DNA of 64,000 nucleotides, taken from contig JAUXSB010000003.1 of assembly GCA_030681595.1 (NCBI GenBank), positions 31,207-95,206 of the forward strand, read 5' to 3'. This DNA is from Candidatus Omnitrophota bacterium. Lineage in GTDB: Bacteria > Omnitrophota > Gorgyraeia > Ghiorseimicrobiales > Ghiorseimicrobiaceae. Below the pieces are notes generated by a model, which saw only the letters and a program-made list of their open reading frames with translations, had not been told where the DNA came from and made no database searches. The position numbers and the translations under genes are program-made. Shown piece by piece: positions 38,795-48,922 of this stretch (the stretch's first letter is position 1; each line of letters begins with the position of its first letter).

Positions 38795-39766
38795 TTAAGC
38801 GCCTTTTATCGGCCTGAATTCTTCAGAGCCATATGCCTTTAAATAATGGACATATGGCCCAAGACAAAGGCTATTGAATACGCACCCACTACAAGAAACC
38901 ACCTTCCTTCTAGAGGTATATTTAAATGAATCATCTTTATTCTTTACACTCACCAAATAACCTCTGGAAATTTTTAATATTACGCATCTGAACATCTCCT
39001 TGTCAATCTTATTAATTATGCAAAATGGCATAGAGAGAAAATATCTTGCAAAATATATAAATAAATCAGAATGATAACGATATCTTTTTGTATACAACTC
39101 TACGGCTTTTTTAAAATACCTTATGACCTTTGTATATCTGGGCATTAGAAAATGGTAAAAAATAAGGGAAGCGGCATGCGGCCTATAATGATCTATCATA
39201 AAACGCATTCCAGGAAACTGTTCAATTTTAAGCCTTACCAAAGATGGAATATCCGCATAATTTTGCGTTAAAAAAATACCGTTTAATGTTACGGGTAAAT
39301 CAAACCGAGATAAATTGTTCAATGCCTCCATCAAATCAACAAATGAACCTGGAGAATTAGTTATCGCATCGTTTATCTTTGCAGTAGATCCGTAAATAGG
39401 AACATGAAATCCATTAGCTCCTGCCGTTACGACTTTCTTTAGAAAAACAAAATTCTTTAATTTTCTTCCCGTGGTTTGAACGGTGATATTTGTAAAAGAT
39501 AATTTACGCGCAAAAACTAATAAATCAATAATGGATGAACGGTTCAGTATTTCGTTACCCGTAAAGCATATCTTGCGAAAACCAAGCGACTTCGCAAGGC
39601 GTATCCTACATTTAATTGTATTTATATCATCCGGCTCATCATGGGTAAGTTGTTGCGTATTTTTTCCATGTACTAATCGGCTGTTCTGACAAAACACGCA
39701 AGAGTTATCGCATTGCGAATCTAATACTAAAATTATTTCATCGTTGTTTTGGAGAATAGGCATCAC
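38795..39766 (-). CDS. Small radical SAM protein, paralog S13 (divergent)
   Basis: It has CDNSCVFC (CxxxCxxC), with FTGNEIL in place of GGEP. The C-terminal signature is CSGCVFNSLCLGPYVHYLKAYGSEEFRPIK. Confidence 0.7.
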   Translation of the reverse strand: MMPILQNNDEIILVLDSQCDNSCVFCQNSRLVHGKNTQQLTHDEPDDINTIKCRIRLAKSLGFRKICFTGNEILNRSSIIDLLVFARKLSFTNITVQTTGRKLKNFVFLKKVVTAGANGFHVPIYGSTAKINDAITNSPGSFVDLMEALNNLSRFDLPVTLNGIFLTQNYADIPSLVRLKIEQFPGMRFMIDHYRPHAASLIFYHFLMPRYTKVIRYFKKAVELYTKRYRYHSDLFIYFARYFLSMPFCIINKIDKEMFRCVILKISRGYLVSVKNKDDSFKYTSRRKVVSCSGCVFNSLCLGPYVHYLKAYGSEEFRPIKGA

Positions 39767-40650
39767 TTAACAGGTTTAAACTCTTGCCACCCAAAAAACT
39801 CAGGATATTCACGCCAGGGTCCCTCGCAAATTTTGAAATATTTGCATTCTTCACACTTCGGCCCTTTAAGTTTTCCATGTTCTCTGCGCCACTGGTTAAA
39901 ATTGGTTATCGGTTTAATATCAAATACCTTGGTTTCAGGAATAATCGCTTCACTAGCACAATTGGCATATTCGCTTAAAAAACAATACGGTATGGCTTCA
40001 GTTTTTGGCATTTTTTTCTTCCTAATGCCAATTTCCAGGCCGCGTTTTAAATAAAGAATAATATCTTTTTTCTGCGGTATTAGCCAACTATGATTCGCTA
40101 ATGCGTTTCCTAAAATATGAGGAAAGGAAAAACGATATTCAACCACCCCTAAGCCAACTAACATCAAAGCAATCTTAGGTAAAAAGCGGTAATTCAATGC
40201 AGTAATAACTGTATTAGTAAATACTACGCGACCAGAAGAAAGGAGATGCTTAATACCACAAATCGTCTGAGCGAAACTTCCCCTCGCTCCCGTATGGCTA
40301 TCATGCAACTCAGCATTATGTCCATGTACCGATATAGTAAAAAGACTTGCACCTGCCTCTATCATTTTTTTACAAAAATCTTTATACCTAAACATTCTTC
40401 CGTTGCTTTGAATATGAACAATATATCCTAACTTTTTAGAATATCTTACCAAGTCTATGATATCAAAACGTATTGTAGGTTCTCCACCTGTAAAAATTAC
40501 CTCTTTATAACTATCTTTCGAATCAGCTAAAATAGTTTCTATCTGTGAGCGCGCCATATCGTTGTAGATTTTGCGCTTGTTACCTTGGACACAAAAACTA
40601 CAGTGGTTATTACATCTAAAACTAATTTTTATATCCAGCCTCTTATGCAT
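39763..40650 (-). CDS. Small radical SAM protein, paralog S12
   Basis: It has RCNNHCSFCVQG, FTGGEPT, SVHGHNAELHD and IPYCFL. The C-terminus is CEECKYFKICEGPWREYPEFFGWQEFKPVK. Its closest paralog is 55967-56872. Confidence 0.85.
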   Translation of the reverse strand: MHKRLDIKISFRCNNHCSFCVQGNKRKIYNDMARSQIETILADSKDSYKEVIFTGGEPTIRFDIIDLVRYSKKLGYIVHIQSNGRMFRYKDFCKKMIEAGASLFTISVHGHNAELHDSHTGARGSFAQTICGIKHLLSSGRVVFTNTVITALNYRFLPKIALMLVGLGVVEYRFSFPHILGNALANHSWLIPQKKDIILYLKRGLEIGIRKKKMPKTEAIPYCFLSEYANCASEAIIPETKVFDIKPITNFNQWRREHGKLKGPKCEECKYFKICEGPWREYPEFFGWQEFKPVK

Positions 40651-40681
40651 ACATCTATCCTAACCTTAATTATCCGTTGTC

Positions 40682-41614
40682 TTACGGCTCGCTTTTAACA
40701 TGTTTTATTGTCTCTTCTTTGGAAACAAAAACAGCGTATAGTTCTTGCGAAGAAAAATATTTATCCATCGCATAAAGGCCGGGACATATTTCATTCAAAA
40801 AACAAACACTACAACACTCAACCTTGCCATATGACCATCCTCTTTGGACTTTAAGGCCCTTTTCATCTAAGAAATAAATCGCGCGCTTCTCTCTCTTTAT
40901 TATTTTTCTGGCTTCCGTAGAACAATGTGCAAAATCAGCCATGTAACATAAGGGTACGCGTTCCGCCCTAAAAGTTCTCTTTTGCTCGGCTAAAAAATGC
41001 ATTGCCCTATTGAGCTCTAATTCAAAATCTATCAGTCGGGGAATCGTATCGGGATTTTCTGATGCGCGGTTCATCGAAGGGTCAATATTATTCCAGATAA
41101 AATGGCGAATAAACGGATATCTATTCACAAGCCACGCCGTAATTCTGCTTAAATGATCGGCATTATATTTATTAATCACGGTAATAACATCAACCTGCAA
41201 ATTTAACTTTTTGGCATTGTTAAGCGTTTTTTTAATGTTACATAAAGAATCCTTGTTCTCAGTAAGAAAACCCTGAATATCAGCACTATCAGAGTAGATG
41301 GATAAATTGATATGGTTTAATCCTGCCTCTGCCAATGAGTTAATATATTTAAAGTCGGCTGTTTTTTGGCCATTCGTTATTATTCTGACTGGAAAATTTT
41401 TGTTTGTTGCATACGCGATCAATTCAATGAGATCTGGATATAGGGTCGGCTCTCCTCCGCTTAAAATAACCCCATCGCAACCTATCTTGACATAATAATC
41501 AATTAACTCCTTAGCTTTCTTAAGAGATATGGTTTTATCAAACGACGGATTAGAACAAAATCTGCATTTTTGATTACAAATACGCGTAACCTGTATATAA
41601 GCTAATTCGGCCAT
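40682..41614 (-). CDS. Small radical SAM protein, paralog S11
   Basis: It has ICNQKCRFCSNP, LSGGEPTLYP and VPLCYM. The C-terminus is CCSVCFLNEICPGLYAMDKYF. Confidence 0.85.
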   Translation of the reverse strand: MAELAYIQVTRICNQKCRFCSNPSFDKTISLKKAKELIDYYVKIGCDGVILSGGEPTLYPDLIELIAYATNKNFPVRIITNGQKTADFKYINSLAEAGLNHINLSIYSDSADIQGFLTENKDSLCNIKKTLNNAKKLNLQVDVITVINKYNADHLSRITAWLVNRYPFIRHFIWNNIDPSMNRASENPDTIPRLIDFELELNRAMHFLAEQKRTFRAERVPLCYMADFAHCSTEARKIIKREKRAIYFLDEKGLKVQRGWSYGKVECCSVCFLNEICPGLYAMDKYFSSQELYAVFVSKEETIKHVKSEP

Positions 41615-41618
41615 GTTT

Positions 41619-42644
41619 TCAGTAATTGCATTTATGTTTATGCTTGTTTTTTATTTCTGAATCAAATATGCTAATCCGCTCTAAAGTATGCAATATTTCT
41701 TTCGGATTTTTATCTGAAAGCGTTAGATTAAAATTAGGATAAACTTTTAGATAATCTCTTCTTACCCCCGGGCATATTTCACACAAAGAACAGCCTCTGC
41801 ATTCTCTGTATTTATAAAAATCTTCTTTGGCGATATCATTTTGAGTCCTGAGATTATTTATCCCGCGCGAATCAAGATATAAGTTATTATGATATAAATT
41901 TTCTTTTAATTCAACACTGGACCATTCATAAGAAGAGAGGATACATAACGGAAAACCGCAAGCAGAAATTTTATCCGTAGGGTTATCCCCTCCTAACGCC
42001 TTTAACGCTTTTAAAAGATAAGGCTGAATCTTATTTAGCGGAGGAAGTATCTTTTTGTAAAAAGTACTGTCATTGCCGCCTAAATCCATAAATTTAAATT
42101 TTACCCTGAATGGCGTATGCCTTAATATTTTTTTAAGATGAGTCGCCATGCCCTCTAATTCTTTATAATTCAAGCTATTAATTACCGTGTTGAAATTAAT
42201 CGCTAGCCTTTCTCTTATCTTTTTATTATCCTTATTAAATGATTCGATATTTAGTAAAGCCTTTTCCTGTAAAGAATGGCAAAACTTATTTCTTGATATG
42301 GCATTTGCAACCTTTGGGATATGCGAGTGAAAAGAAAAATTTATCTGCACGACTCCGCCTTTAATAACCTTAACTAAAAAATCATAGTAACTAAGCATTG
42401 AACCGTTAGTTGTAACCTTAAGTTTTAAATTACATTTTTTGGCTTCTTCCAATATTTTTAAAAAATCTGGCCTAATGAATGATTCCCCGGTCATTAACAT
42501 AACTGTATCTTCCTTGTAACTCTTAACTTTTTGAAACAATTGCCTAATTTCTCCAAAAGAAAGATCTTTTTTATGCTTATGCTGCCTATCCAGACAAAAT
42601 AAACAGTTGAAATTACATTTTTGGGTAATGCCTGTAATAATCAT
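41619..42644 (-). CDS. Small radical SAM protein, paralog S10
   Basis: It has KCNFNCLFCLD, LMTGESF and FPLCIL. The C-terminus is CRGCSLCEICPGVRRDYLKVY. Confidence 0.8.
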   Translation of the reverse strand: MIITGITQKCNFNCLFCLDRQHKHKKDLSFGEIRQLFQKVKSYKEDTVMLMTGESFIRPDFLKILEEAKKCNLKLKVTTNGSMLSYYDFLVKVIKGGVVQINFSFHSHIPKVANAISRNKFCHSLQEKALLNIESFNKDNKKIRERLAINFNTVINSLNYKELEGMATHLKKILRHTPFRVKFKFMDLGGNDSTFYKKILPPLNKIQPYLLKALKALGGDNPTDKISACGFPLCILSSYEWSSVELKENLYHNNLYLDSRGINNLRTQNDIAKEDFYKYRECRGCSLCEICPGVRRDYLKVYPNFNLTLSDKNPKEILHTLERISIFDSEIKNKHKHKCNY

Positions 42645-44734
42645 TAATTTTCTATCGGCTTTAAATCAGAAAACGAATAAATTAATGCGTATTCTCGCCA
42701 TACGCCATTACAAAAATTATATAAATTACATTTAACACAATTTGGCCCCTTAATTTTGCCTAAATTTAAATTATTTTCCCGCGAATTAAATCTTAAAGTA
42801 TTTTCGGTATATTCCACACATTGGCTAAGGTACTTATGCCATCCTCCTATACATAACGGGACACCGCAATATGGATTAAATATCATTAAATCACATTTTT
42901 TAGCCAGCTCGACTGCCTTTTTGATATAGGGAGAGATTATTCCATATGACGGTATAAGATACTTATTTATTAATGCCCGCTCCCGCGGCTGGATAACCGA
43001 AAGCGAGATATTTTTAATTTGGGGAAATTTATTATGAACAAATTTTATGTATTCGGGTAACTCTTTGTAATTTTGGGTAGTTATAACCGGATTTAAGGTA
43101 ACATCAATATTTAATTCTAATGAATTCCTAATCCCTGCGATAGCCATATCGAAGGCACCCTCCAACCCTACCAGCTTATCATGAATTCCAGGTACTGAAG
43201 AATGCAGGCTAATAAATAGCTTATTCAGCCCGGCATATTTCAATTTTTTTAAATAATCGTTATCGGATAGCCTTATCGCGTTAGTTTGAACCTGAACTAT
43301 TTTTACTCCTTTTCTATGGGCATATTTTATCAACTCCGAAAGGTCTTTTCTCAGGGTAGGCTCACCGCCGGTAATATCCAACTCCAACCTTAATTCCTTA
43401 TCAAGTGCGGTCAAGCGGCCTATTTCAAGTTTAGCCTGTTTAGTCGAAAGCTCTTTTAGAGCATACGATTCCGGAGGAACATTACAAAATAAACATCCGG
43501 CATTACACGCTGAGCCTAATCGTAAAAGCTTATATGGGGAGTTTTTCTTGACATCACCAATACTAATTTTCTTTAACCCGGCTTTAATCGGTGATAAAAC
43601 CTCAAATCCGTGCTTACGGATATAATTACACTGCATTCCAGCACAGCCTGCCATATGTTTGCACTCCTTGCATCTTTTACTTTTCAAAAAATATCTGTGT
43701 TGAATATAAAAATCAAGAAACTTTAAAATATCTTTATTTTTTTGGTCATTTTGCACATATACTGCCGGCCTGCCCGAATATCCCGGTTCATTTATTTCCC
43801 CTAAACAAAAAGGGGAGGCATGCGAAAGTATTTTATTTTTTTTCTTTAATTCTATTAAATCCTTACAAAAATTTTCTAAAAAACAAAACCGGCACCTCAA
43901 GCCTTTACAATCCATCACTTTGCCTTTAAAAAGAAAATTATTAAACATATCCTTGCGGCCGCCTACTTCATCGTATAATTTAGCCGGGTGCTGGATTAAA
44001 TATTCAAATCCTTCAAGATACTGCGGGGGGAAACGATTTGTCCATATATGTAGCCGCGGATCTTTGGATAGCATAAAAGCTTTGCGCAAAAATTTAATTG
44101 ATTTTTGAATATCATAAAAGAGAATATCCCTCTTAGCCCATGCTTGCCCAAATGGGATAACTTGCAAAAGATCAAACTCATATACGCCCAAATTAATAAA
44201 GAATTCTAAAATACTTGCTAAATACATTACATTAATTTTGTTTATCACAATATCAACACTAACAATCAAATCTTTTTCTTTTAAAGCATTAACTAAGGCT
44301 ACTAACGACTGCTGAAATGATCCCGGTACTTTAGTTTGTTGATCATGAAGCCTGCTATTATGCCCATGCAGCGAAAAGGTTATTTCTGATACACCGCTTT
44401 CTATTGCCTGCTTTAAGAAGCTCTGGTAGGCAAACATCCGGCCATTGGTAATAACTTGAATATGGCTGTATCCTAATGTCCTCGCCATATTAACAATATT
44501 AAAAAAATCCGGATGGATTGTTGGTTCTCCCCCGCTTAAAACAACTCGTCTTATCCCTAAACCTCTGCCTTTTTGTAAATCGGCTTTGATCTTCTCTAAA
44601 GGGATTACGCTCCCATCATGGGCTTCTTTATCTAAACAAAAGAGGCAGCGGTTATTACAACCCCGGGTTAGCCGTACCCAGTGTCTTTTTACCTGTGGTA
44701 TAATTTCTCGTTGCATAGAATAGCCTTTTATCAT
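42644..44734 (-). CDS. Fused di-domain radical SAM protein (paralogs S8 + S9 in one 696-aa polypeptide)
   Basis: There are two complete units. Unit 1 has GCNNRCLFCLDK...LSGGEPT...CKECKHMAGCAGMQCNYIRKHGFEVLSPIK. Unit 2 has ACNAGCLFCNVP...ITGGEPT...VPLCIGG...CVKCNLYNFCNGVWREYALIYSFSDLKPIEN. Confidence 0.85.
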   Translation of the reverse strand: MIKGYSMQREIIPQVKRHWVRLTRGCNNRCLFCLDKEAHDGSVIPLEKIKADLQKGRGLGIRRVVLSGGEPTIHPDFFNIVNMARTLGYSHIQVITNGRMFAYQSFLKQAIESGVSEITFSLHGHNSRLHDQQTKVPGSFQQSLVALVNALKEKDLIVSVDIVINKINVMYLASILEFFINLGVYEFDLLQVIPFGQAWAKRDILFYDIQKSIKFLRKAFMLSKDPRLHIWTNRFPPQYLEGFEYLIQHPAKLYDEVGGRKDMFNNFLFKGKVMDCKGLRCRFCFLENFCKDLIELKKKNKILSHASPFCLGEINEPGYSGRPAVYVQNDQKNKDILKFLDFYIQHRYFLKSKRCKECKHMAGCAGMQCNYIRKHGFEVLSPIKAGLKKISIGDVKKNSPYKLLRLGSACNAGCLFCNVPPESYALKELSTKQAKLEIGRLTALDKELRLELDITGGEPTLRKDLSELIKYAHRKGVKIVQVQTNAIRLSDNDYLKKLKYAGLNKLFISLHSSVPGIHDKLVGLEGAFDMAIAGIRNSLELNIDVTLNPVITTQNYKELPEYIKFVHNKFPQIKNISLSVIQPRERALINKYLIPSYGIISPYIKKAVELAKKCDLMIFNPYCGVPLCIGGWHKYLSQCVEYTENTLRFNSRENNLNLGKIKGPNCVKCNLYNFCNGVWREYALIYSFSDLKPIEN

Positions 44735-45693
44735 TTAATTGCCCTGAATTCGCCCCAGCCAACCTTTTCGGCATAAAGATTATCTATACCGCTGCATTTA
44801 TAATAATATTTGCATGGTTTACAGCTTTTATTTTTTATATTCCTTGATTCACGAGGTAATATTTCTACTCTTTTATTTTTAACCTGAAGTGGGATTTCGG
44901 ATTCCCCGACGTAATTTTCATAACCTACCATCAAACAAAGCGGCACAGGAGATATCTGTATAACGCCGGATAATCTAAACAGCTTATCTACTTTTAACCT
45001 ATCAATTACATTCCTAACTTCTTTAGCTACATCCAAATAAGTAACAAATAACTGACTGAAGAATCTTTCTGCGTTGCCGGAATACATTGGCATATTTAAC
45101 ACAATGCTATCTACTTTATTAAACGGTAAGATTTTTCTTAAGAAATTTTCAATATCTCTGTAGTTAATTTTTGTCATGGTAAAATTAACATTAAGCCGAA
45201 ATCTATATTTTTCCTTTAAAGAGACCATGTTGCATAACCCTTGCCATGTTTGTTCAAATGCACCGCTGCTACGAGTTAAGGCATCATGGATTTTTTTATT
45301 ACTCCCGTGAAGAGAAATATTAATCTCATTTAGCCCGCTATCTAATAATTCAATGCAAAAGTTTTTATATCTTAATAAACGCCCGTTTGTCTGTAGGCAA
45401 ATATCTTTATATCCCCACTTCTTAGATAATCTTATGAAATAAAGTAAGCCCTTATTCAGCGTTGACTCTCCCCCCGTAAATGATATGGAATCGACTTCTT
45501 TTGTTTTTCTTCCATCTCTTTTAAACATATCCAGATTTAAAAATGGTTCTCCGTTGACACTGCAATAATATTTTGACAACATATTCTGGCCATTAATACA
45601 ATCGCGATCACAGCAAAAAATACAATTATTGTTACAACACCCGCTGGTTTTAATATGAATTCTACTATCAGGGCTTATAATTACGTTATCCAT
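44731..45693 (-). CDS. Small radical SAM protein, paralog S7
   Basis: It has CCNNNCIFCCD, FTGGEST, SLHGSNKKIHD and VPLCLM. The C-terminus is CKPCKYYYKCSGIDNLYAEKVGWGEFRAIK. Confidence 0.85.
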   Translation of the reverse strand: MDNVIISPDSRIHIKTSGCCNNNCIFCCDRDCINGQNMLSKYYCSVNGEPFLNLDMFKRDGRKTKEVDSISFTGGESTLNKGLLYFIRLSKKWGYKDICLQTNGRLLRYKNFCIELLDSGLNEINISLHGSNKKIHDALTRSSGAFEQTWQGLCNMVSLKEKYRFRLNVNFTMTKINYRDIENFLRKILPFNKVDSIVLNMPMYSGNAERFFSQLFVTYLDVAKEVRNVIDRLKVDKLFRLSGVIQISPVPLCLMVGYENYVGESEIPLQVKNKRVEILPRESRNIKNKSCKPCKYYYKCSGIDNLYAEKVGWGEFRAIK

Positions 45694-45696
45694 TCT

Positions 45697-47055
45697 CTAA
45701 CGGTAAAAAAATAATGCGTAGATATATTTTTCTTCCGGCTTATCAAAATAAAAACAAATGTAATCATCAAAAATCTTTATTTTTCCAAGCCGCTTTAAAG
45801 CGTAAATAGCATAAGGAAAGGCAACAAAAATACTTGTACCAAACACAGCCTCAAATATTTTTTGAGGAACCTTGGATTCTAAGGCTAAATGATTTATTAT
45901 AAATTTTATCATCGCCTCTTTTTTCCTTAATATTCTACCCTCATATATTTTACTATCAAACTCAAAATGCCTCGGTTGCTTAACTTGACGATACTCCAGC
46001 ATACCATGTATATACGACCTGGAAAATGTTCCCAGGCCAAAGGTACACCCTGCGTATTCACCGGAATAATCTTGGGAAAAACTAGAGTCAAGATGTTCCT
46101 TATGGCGAAAGCCCCAATGGAACCTGGCAGGGTCAAAAGAGTCCGCTACATAGCCGAATTTCCGGCTTAATACACGCATAATTTTTAATGCCCGTGAAAT
46201 CATGGATGGATAATGCTTTTGAAAATAATCTGCGCGGCTCATCTTGAAATATTTACGCAGATATCCGTCATTAGGCGGCATTAAACCATAGACAACGATA
46301 TTATAAGGCCTTAATTTAGCAATTTCAGAAAAACTTTTTGTAAAGCCATTTGGGCTATCCCCTGCGAGACCGGCTATTAAATCGACACTAATATCCCTAA
46401 AACCATTTTCTTTTACCAGCCCAATTGCTTTTTTAATGCTCGCGTAATCCTGATAGTCCCTTTTATGAATTTTTAAAACCTTAGCATTTAAAGTTTGCAC
46501 GCCAAAACTAACTCTATTAAATCCAAAATGCTTAAGTAAGCTCAATCTTGAATTTCTTGTACTGCCTGGATTACATTCGGCTGTTTTTTGGCTATCGCCA
46601 CAAAATGAAAAATACCGGAAAAGATTTGTGAGAACCTTATCAAGTTGTTTGCTGTTTAAAATACTTGGTGTACCGCCTCCGACATAAAGATTACGGAATT
46701 TAATTTGGCTGAATGTATCGGAAAAAAAACACATATTCTCAATCAAATAATCCACATACCGGTCTATCTCTCTCCTGTCTCTTGCTGTCTGCGAAGGATA
46801 CGAACAATAAACACATTTTGACTGACAAAATGGGATATGGATGTAGAAATCGATATCGCACGGGTTGTTTTTATTTTTAGCATACTGGATAAATTTAGCC
46901 CAATAATCTTTAATTAGGCGGGGGCTAATCTGCCGGTTATAATCGGAATATGTATGCAGTTGATTAATATCATAAAAATAATCCCTCCGCCTAAGAATAT
47001 TTTCAAAATACGACACCTCATTCCTTAATATTTTTAAAATGTTGTTATCGCTCAT
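45697..47055 (-). CDS. HemN-like (oxygen-independent coproporphyrinogen oxidase family) radical SAM enzyme, copy 2
   Basis: 452 aa. It has YIHIPFCQSKCVYCSY, LYVGGGTPS and NRVSFGVQT, the classic HemN/HemZ-family motifs. Confidence 0.8.
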   Translation of the reverse strand: MSDNNILKILRNEVSYFENILRRRDYFYDINQLHTYSDYNRQISPRLIKDYWAKFIQYAKNKNNPCDIDFYIHIPFCQSKCVYCSYPSQTARDRREIDRYVDYLIENMCFFSDTFSQIKFRNLYVGGGTPSILNSKQLDKVLTNLFRYFSFCGDSQKTAECNPGSTRNSRLSLLKHFGFNRVSFGVQTLNAKVLKIHKRDYQDYASIKKAIGLVKENGFRDISVDLIAGLAGDSPNGFTKSFSEIAKLRPYNIVVYGLMPPNDGYLRKYFKMSRADYFQKHYPSMISRALKIMRVLSRKFGYVADSFDPARFHWGFRHKEHLDSSFSQDYSGEYAGCTFGLGTFSRSYIHGMLEYRQVKQPRHFEFDSKIYEGRILRKKEAMIKFIINHLALESKVPQKIFEAVFGTSIFVAFPYAIYALKRLGKIKIFDDYICFYFDKPEEKYIYALFFYR

Positions 47056-47063
47056 ATGAATAA

Positions 47064-47990
47064 CTAAATAGGGCTTAATTCTTTATCGCCAAATTCTTTA
47101 TAATAACGCTTAAATATTCCCCCGCAGATATTCTTCTTTGCGCAACGCTGGCATACAACTGTATAGATCCTCCCCCTAACCGGCCTGTACGAATGCGTAA
47201 CCTTAAGAAATCTTTGGCTACTTCTATGCATCTTTTCGATTGTCGTCCGGGGAGACCACCAAAGATCATTAGAACAGCCCTGATAATTATTCAATATACA
47301 AAGCGGTATCCCAAAAAATCTAACAACCAAAGAATTCCTATCGGCTTCGGATATAATTGTTCTAATGTTTTCTTTAATTAACTTAAGGGGCACGGATAGC
47401 TCGCAAAAATTATCCAAAGCATTGCCTTCAGGAGCAATATTAGAAATGAGTATCTGCTTTATTTTTTTGAAATTAGAGATAAATTTGATTATGCGATCTA
47501 GCGATCCAAAATTATACCGCGTCAATACGATATTAACAATGCCGAATATGTCTTTCGGATGCCTATCTATATTTTTTAACGCACGAAGCAAATTATCAAA
47601 ACTATGTTCGTTATTTGTATGAAAATTATGGAGTTTAGCGCTGTGGCCATGCAAAGAGAAGCAGAACTCATCAACATAATTTAAGGCCTCCCGAGTGAAA
47701 TCTTTTAAATAAAATAATCCTCCGTTACTCGTAGTATAAGTTTTATAGCCTTTAGTTTTTGCTAATTTAACTATTTCCACAAAATCGGGATGAAAAGTCG
47801 GTTCTCCTCCGGTAAAAGTAACATGATTAATTCTTCCCTTGTGATATTTTTCCAAAACGTTATTTACAACCGATTTCGGCAAAAAATACCCTTTAAACTT
47901 TATTAGCTGCTTATGCTCACTGCAAAAAATACAGTTATTTACGCAATCATAGGATATATGCAATTCTAATCGTTGTATATTATTTTCCAT
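47064..47990 (-). CDS. Small radical SAM protein, paralog S6
   Basis: It has DCVNNCIFCSEH, FTGGEPTFHP, SLHGHSAKLHN and IPLCIL. The C-terminus is CQRCAKKNICGGIFKRYYKEFGDKELSPI. Confidence 0.85.
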   Translation of the reverse strand: MENNIQRLELHISYDCVNNCIFCSEHKQLIKFKGYFLPKSVVNNVLEKYHKGRINHVTFTGGEPTFHPDFVEIVKLAKTKGYKTYTTSNGGLFYLKDFTREALNYVDEFCFSLHGHSAKLHNFHTNNEHSFDNLLRALKNIDRHPKDIFGIVNIVLTRYNFGSLDRIIKFISNFKKIKQILISNIAPEGNALDNFCELSVPLKLIKENIRTIISEADRNSLVVRFFGIPLCILNNYQGCSNDLWWSPRTTIEKMHRSSQRFLKVTHSYRPVRGRIYTVVCQRCAKKNICGGIFKRYYKEFGDKELSPI

Positions 47991-47994
47991 ATCA

Positions 47995-48912
47995 TTATTT
48001 AATCGGCTTTATTTCGCGATCACCATAATATTTTAGGTATATATCCCAAACACCTTTACACTTATCAGCAATCTTACAAAATAAACATTTTCTAATTTTT
48101 ATTCGATTAATTATTTTTTTTGACTCGATATTTTCGTACTGTTCAATTTTATTTTTAGATATCAACCGAGGCGTACTTTCAAACGAATATTCATTTTCCT
48201 CGATAGTACCGGATATCTGCTTAAGATAGTCCCCAAAATAGCATAAGCAGGGAACATTTAAAGCCGCATAGCTAACCTCATCATCTAACCGCCCAATATC
48301 TAAAAATTTGCGAATATAATACGCGGCTGTAGAAATACGCGGCGTATATTTATAAAAATCACGCGGGGAACTAACATAAATGAGGCATGCCGTTTTTATC
48401 CCAACACGATAGATTAACTTACCTATATCATATAAATATTTATAATTCTGCTTAACAATTACCGTGTTTGTACCTATATTATCAAACCCGAATTTCCTAA
48501 GGTTGGCAATCCCTTCCTTAAGATGTTTAAAGCTCCCCTCTACCTGCGATAGATAATCGTGTAATTTTGCATTATGCCCGTTGATCGTAAAGATTATACG
48601 AGAAATTCCTGCCTCAATAGCCCTACGAGTAAAATCTTCATAAGAGAAAAACCTGCCATTTGTAGTCAAAGTGATATTTTGAAAACCTATATTTTTGGCA
48701 AATTTTAGCAAATAAAAAAAGTCCGGCCTAATCGTAACCTCCCCCCCGGCAAAAAAAGCATCAACAGCCCCAGCTTTTTTCGCTTCTTTAATCTCCCGCA
48801 TTATTTCCTGTGTCGTTTTAACAGGAATACCCCTATATGCCCTATCGCCGCAAAAACGGCAATAATTATTACAGGAATAACCGGTAAGAAATTTTGCTGT
48901 TTTATCTTGCAT
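47995..48912 (-). CDS. Small radical SAM protein, paralog S5
   Basis: It has SCNNYCRFCGD, FAGGEVT, TINGHNAKLHD and VPCLCY. The C-terminus is CLFCKIADKCKGVWDIYLKYYGDREIKPIK. Confidence 0.85.
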   Translation of the reverse strand: MQDKTAKFLTGYSCNNYCRFCGDRAYRGIPVKTTQEIMREIKEAKKAGAVDAFFAGGEVTIRPDFFYLLKFAKNIGFQNITLTTNGRFFSYEDFTRRAIEAGISRIIFTINGHNAKLHDYLSQVEGSFKHLKEGIANLRKFGFDNIGTNTVIVKQNYKYLYDIGKLIYRVGIKTACLIYVSSPRDFYKYTPRISTAAYYIRKFLDIGRLDDEVSYAALNVPCLCYFGDYLKQISGTIEENEYSFESTPRLISKNKIEQYENIESKKIINRIKIRKCLFCKIADKCKGVWDIYLKYYGDREIKPIK

Positions 48913-48922
48913 TGATAATAGT

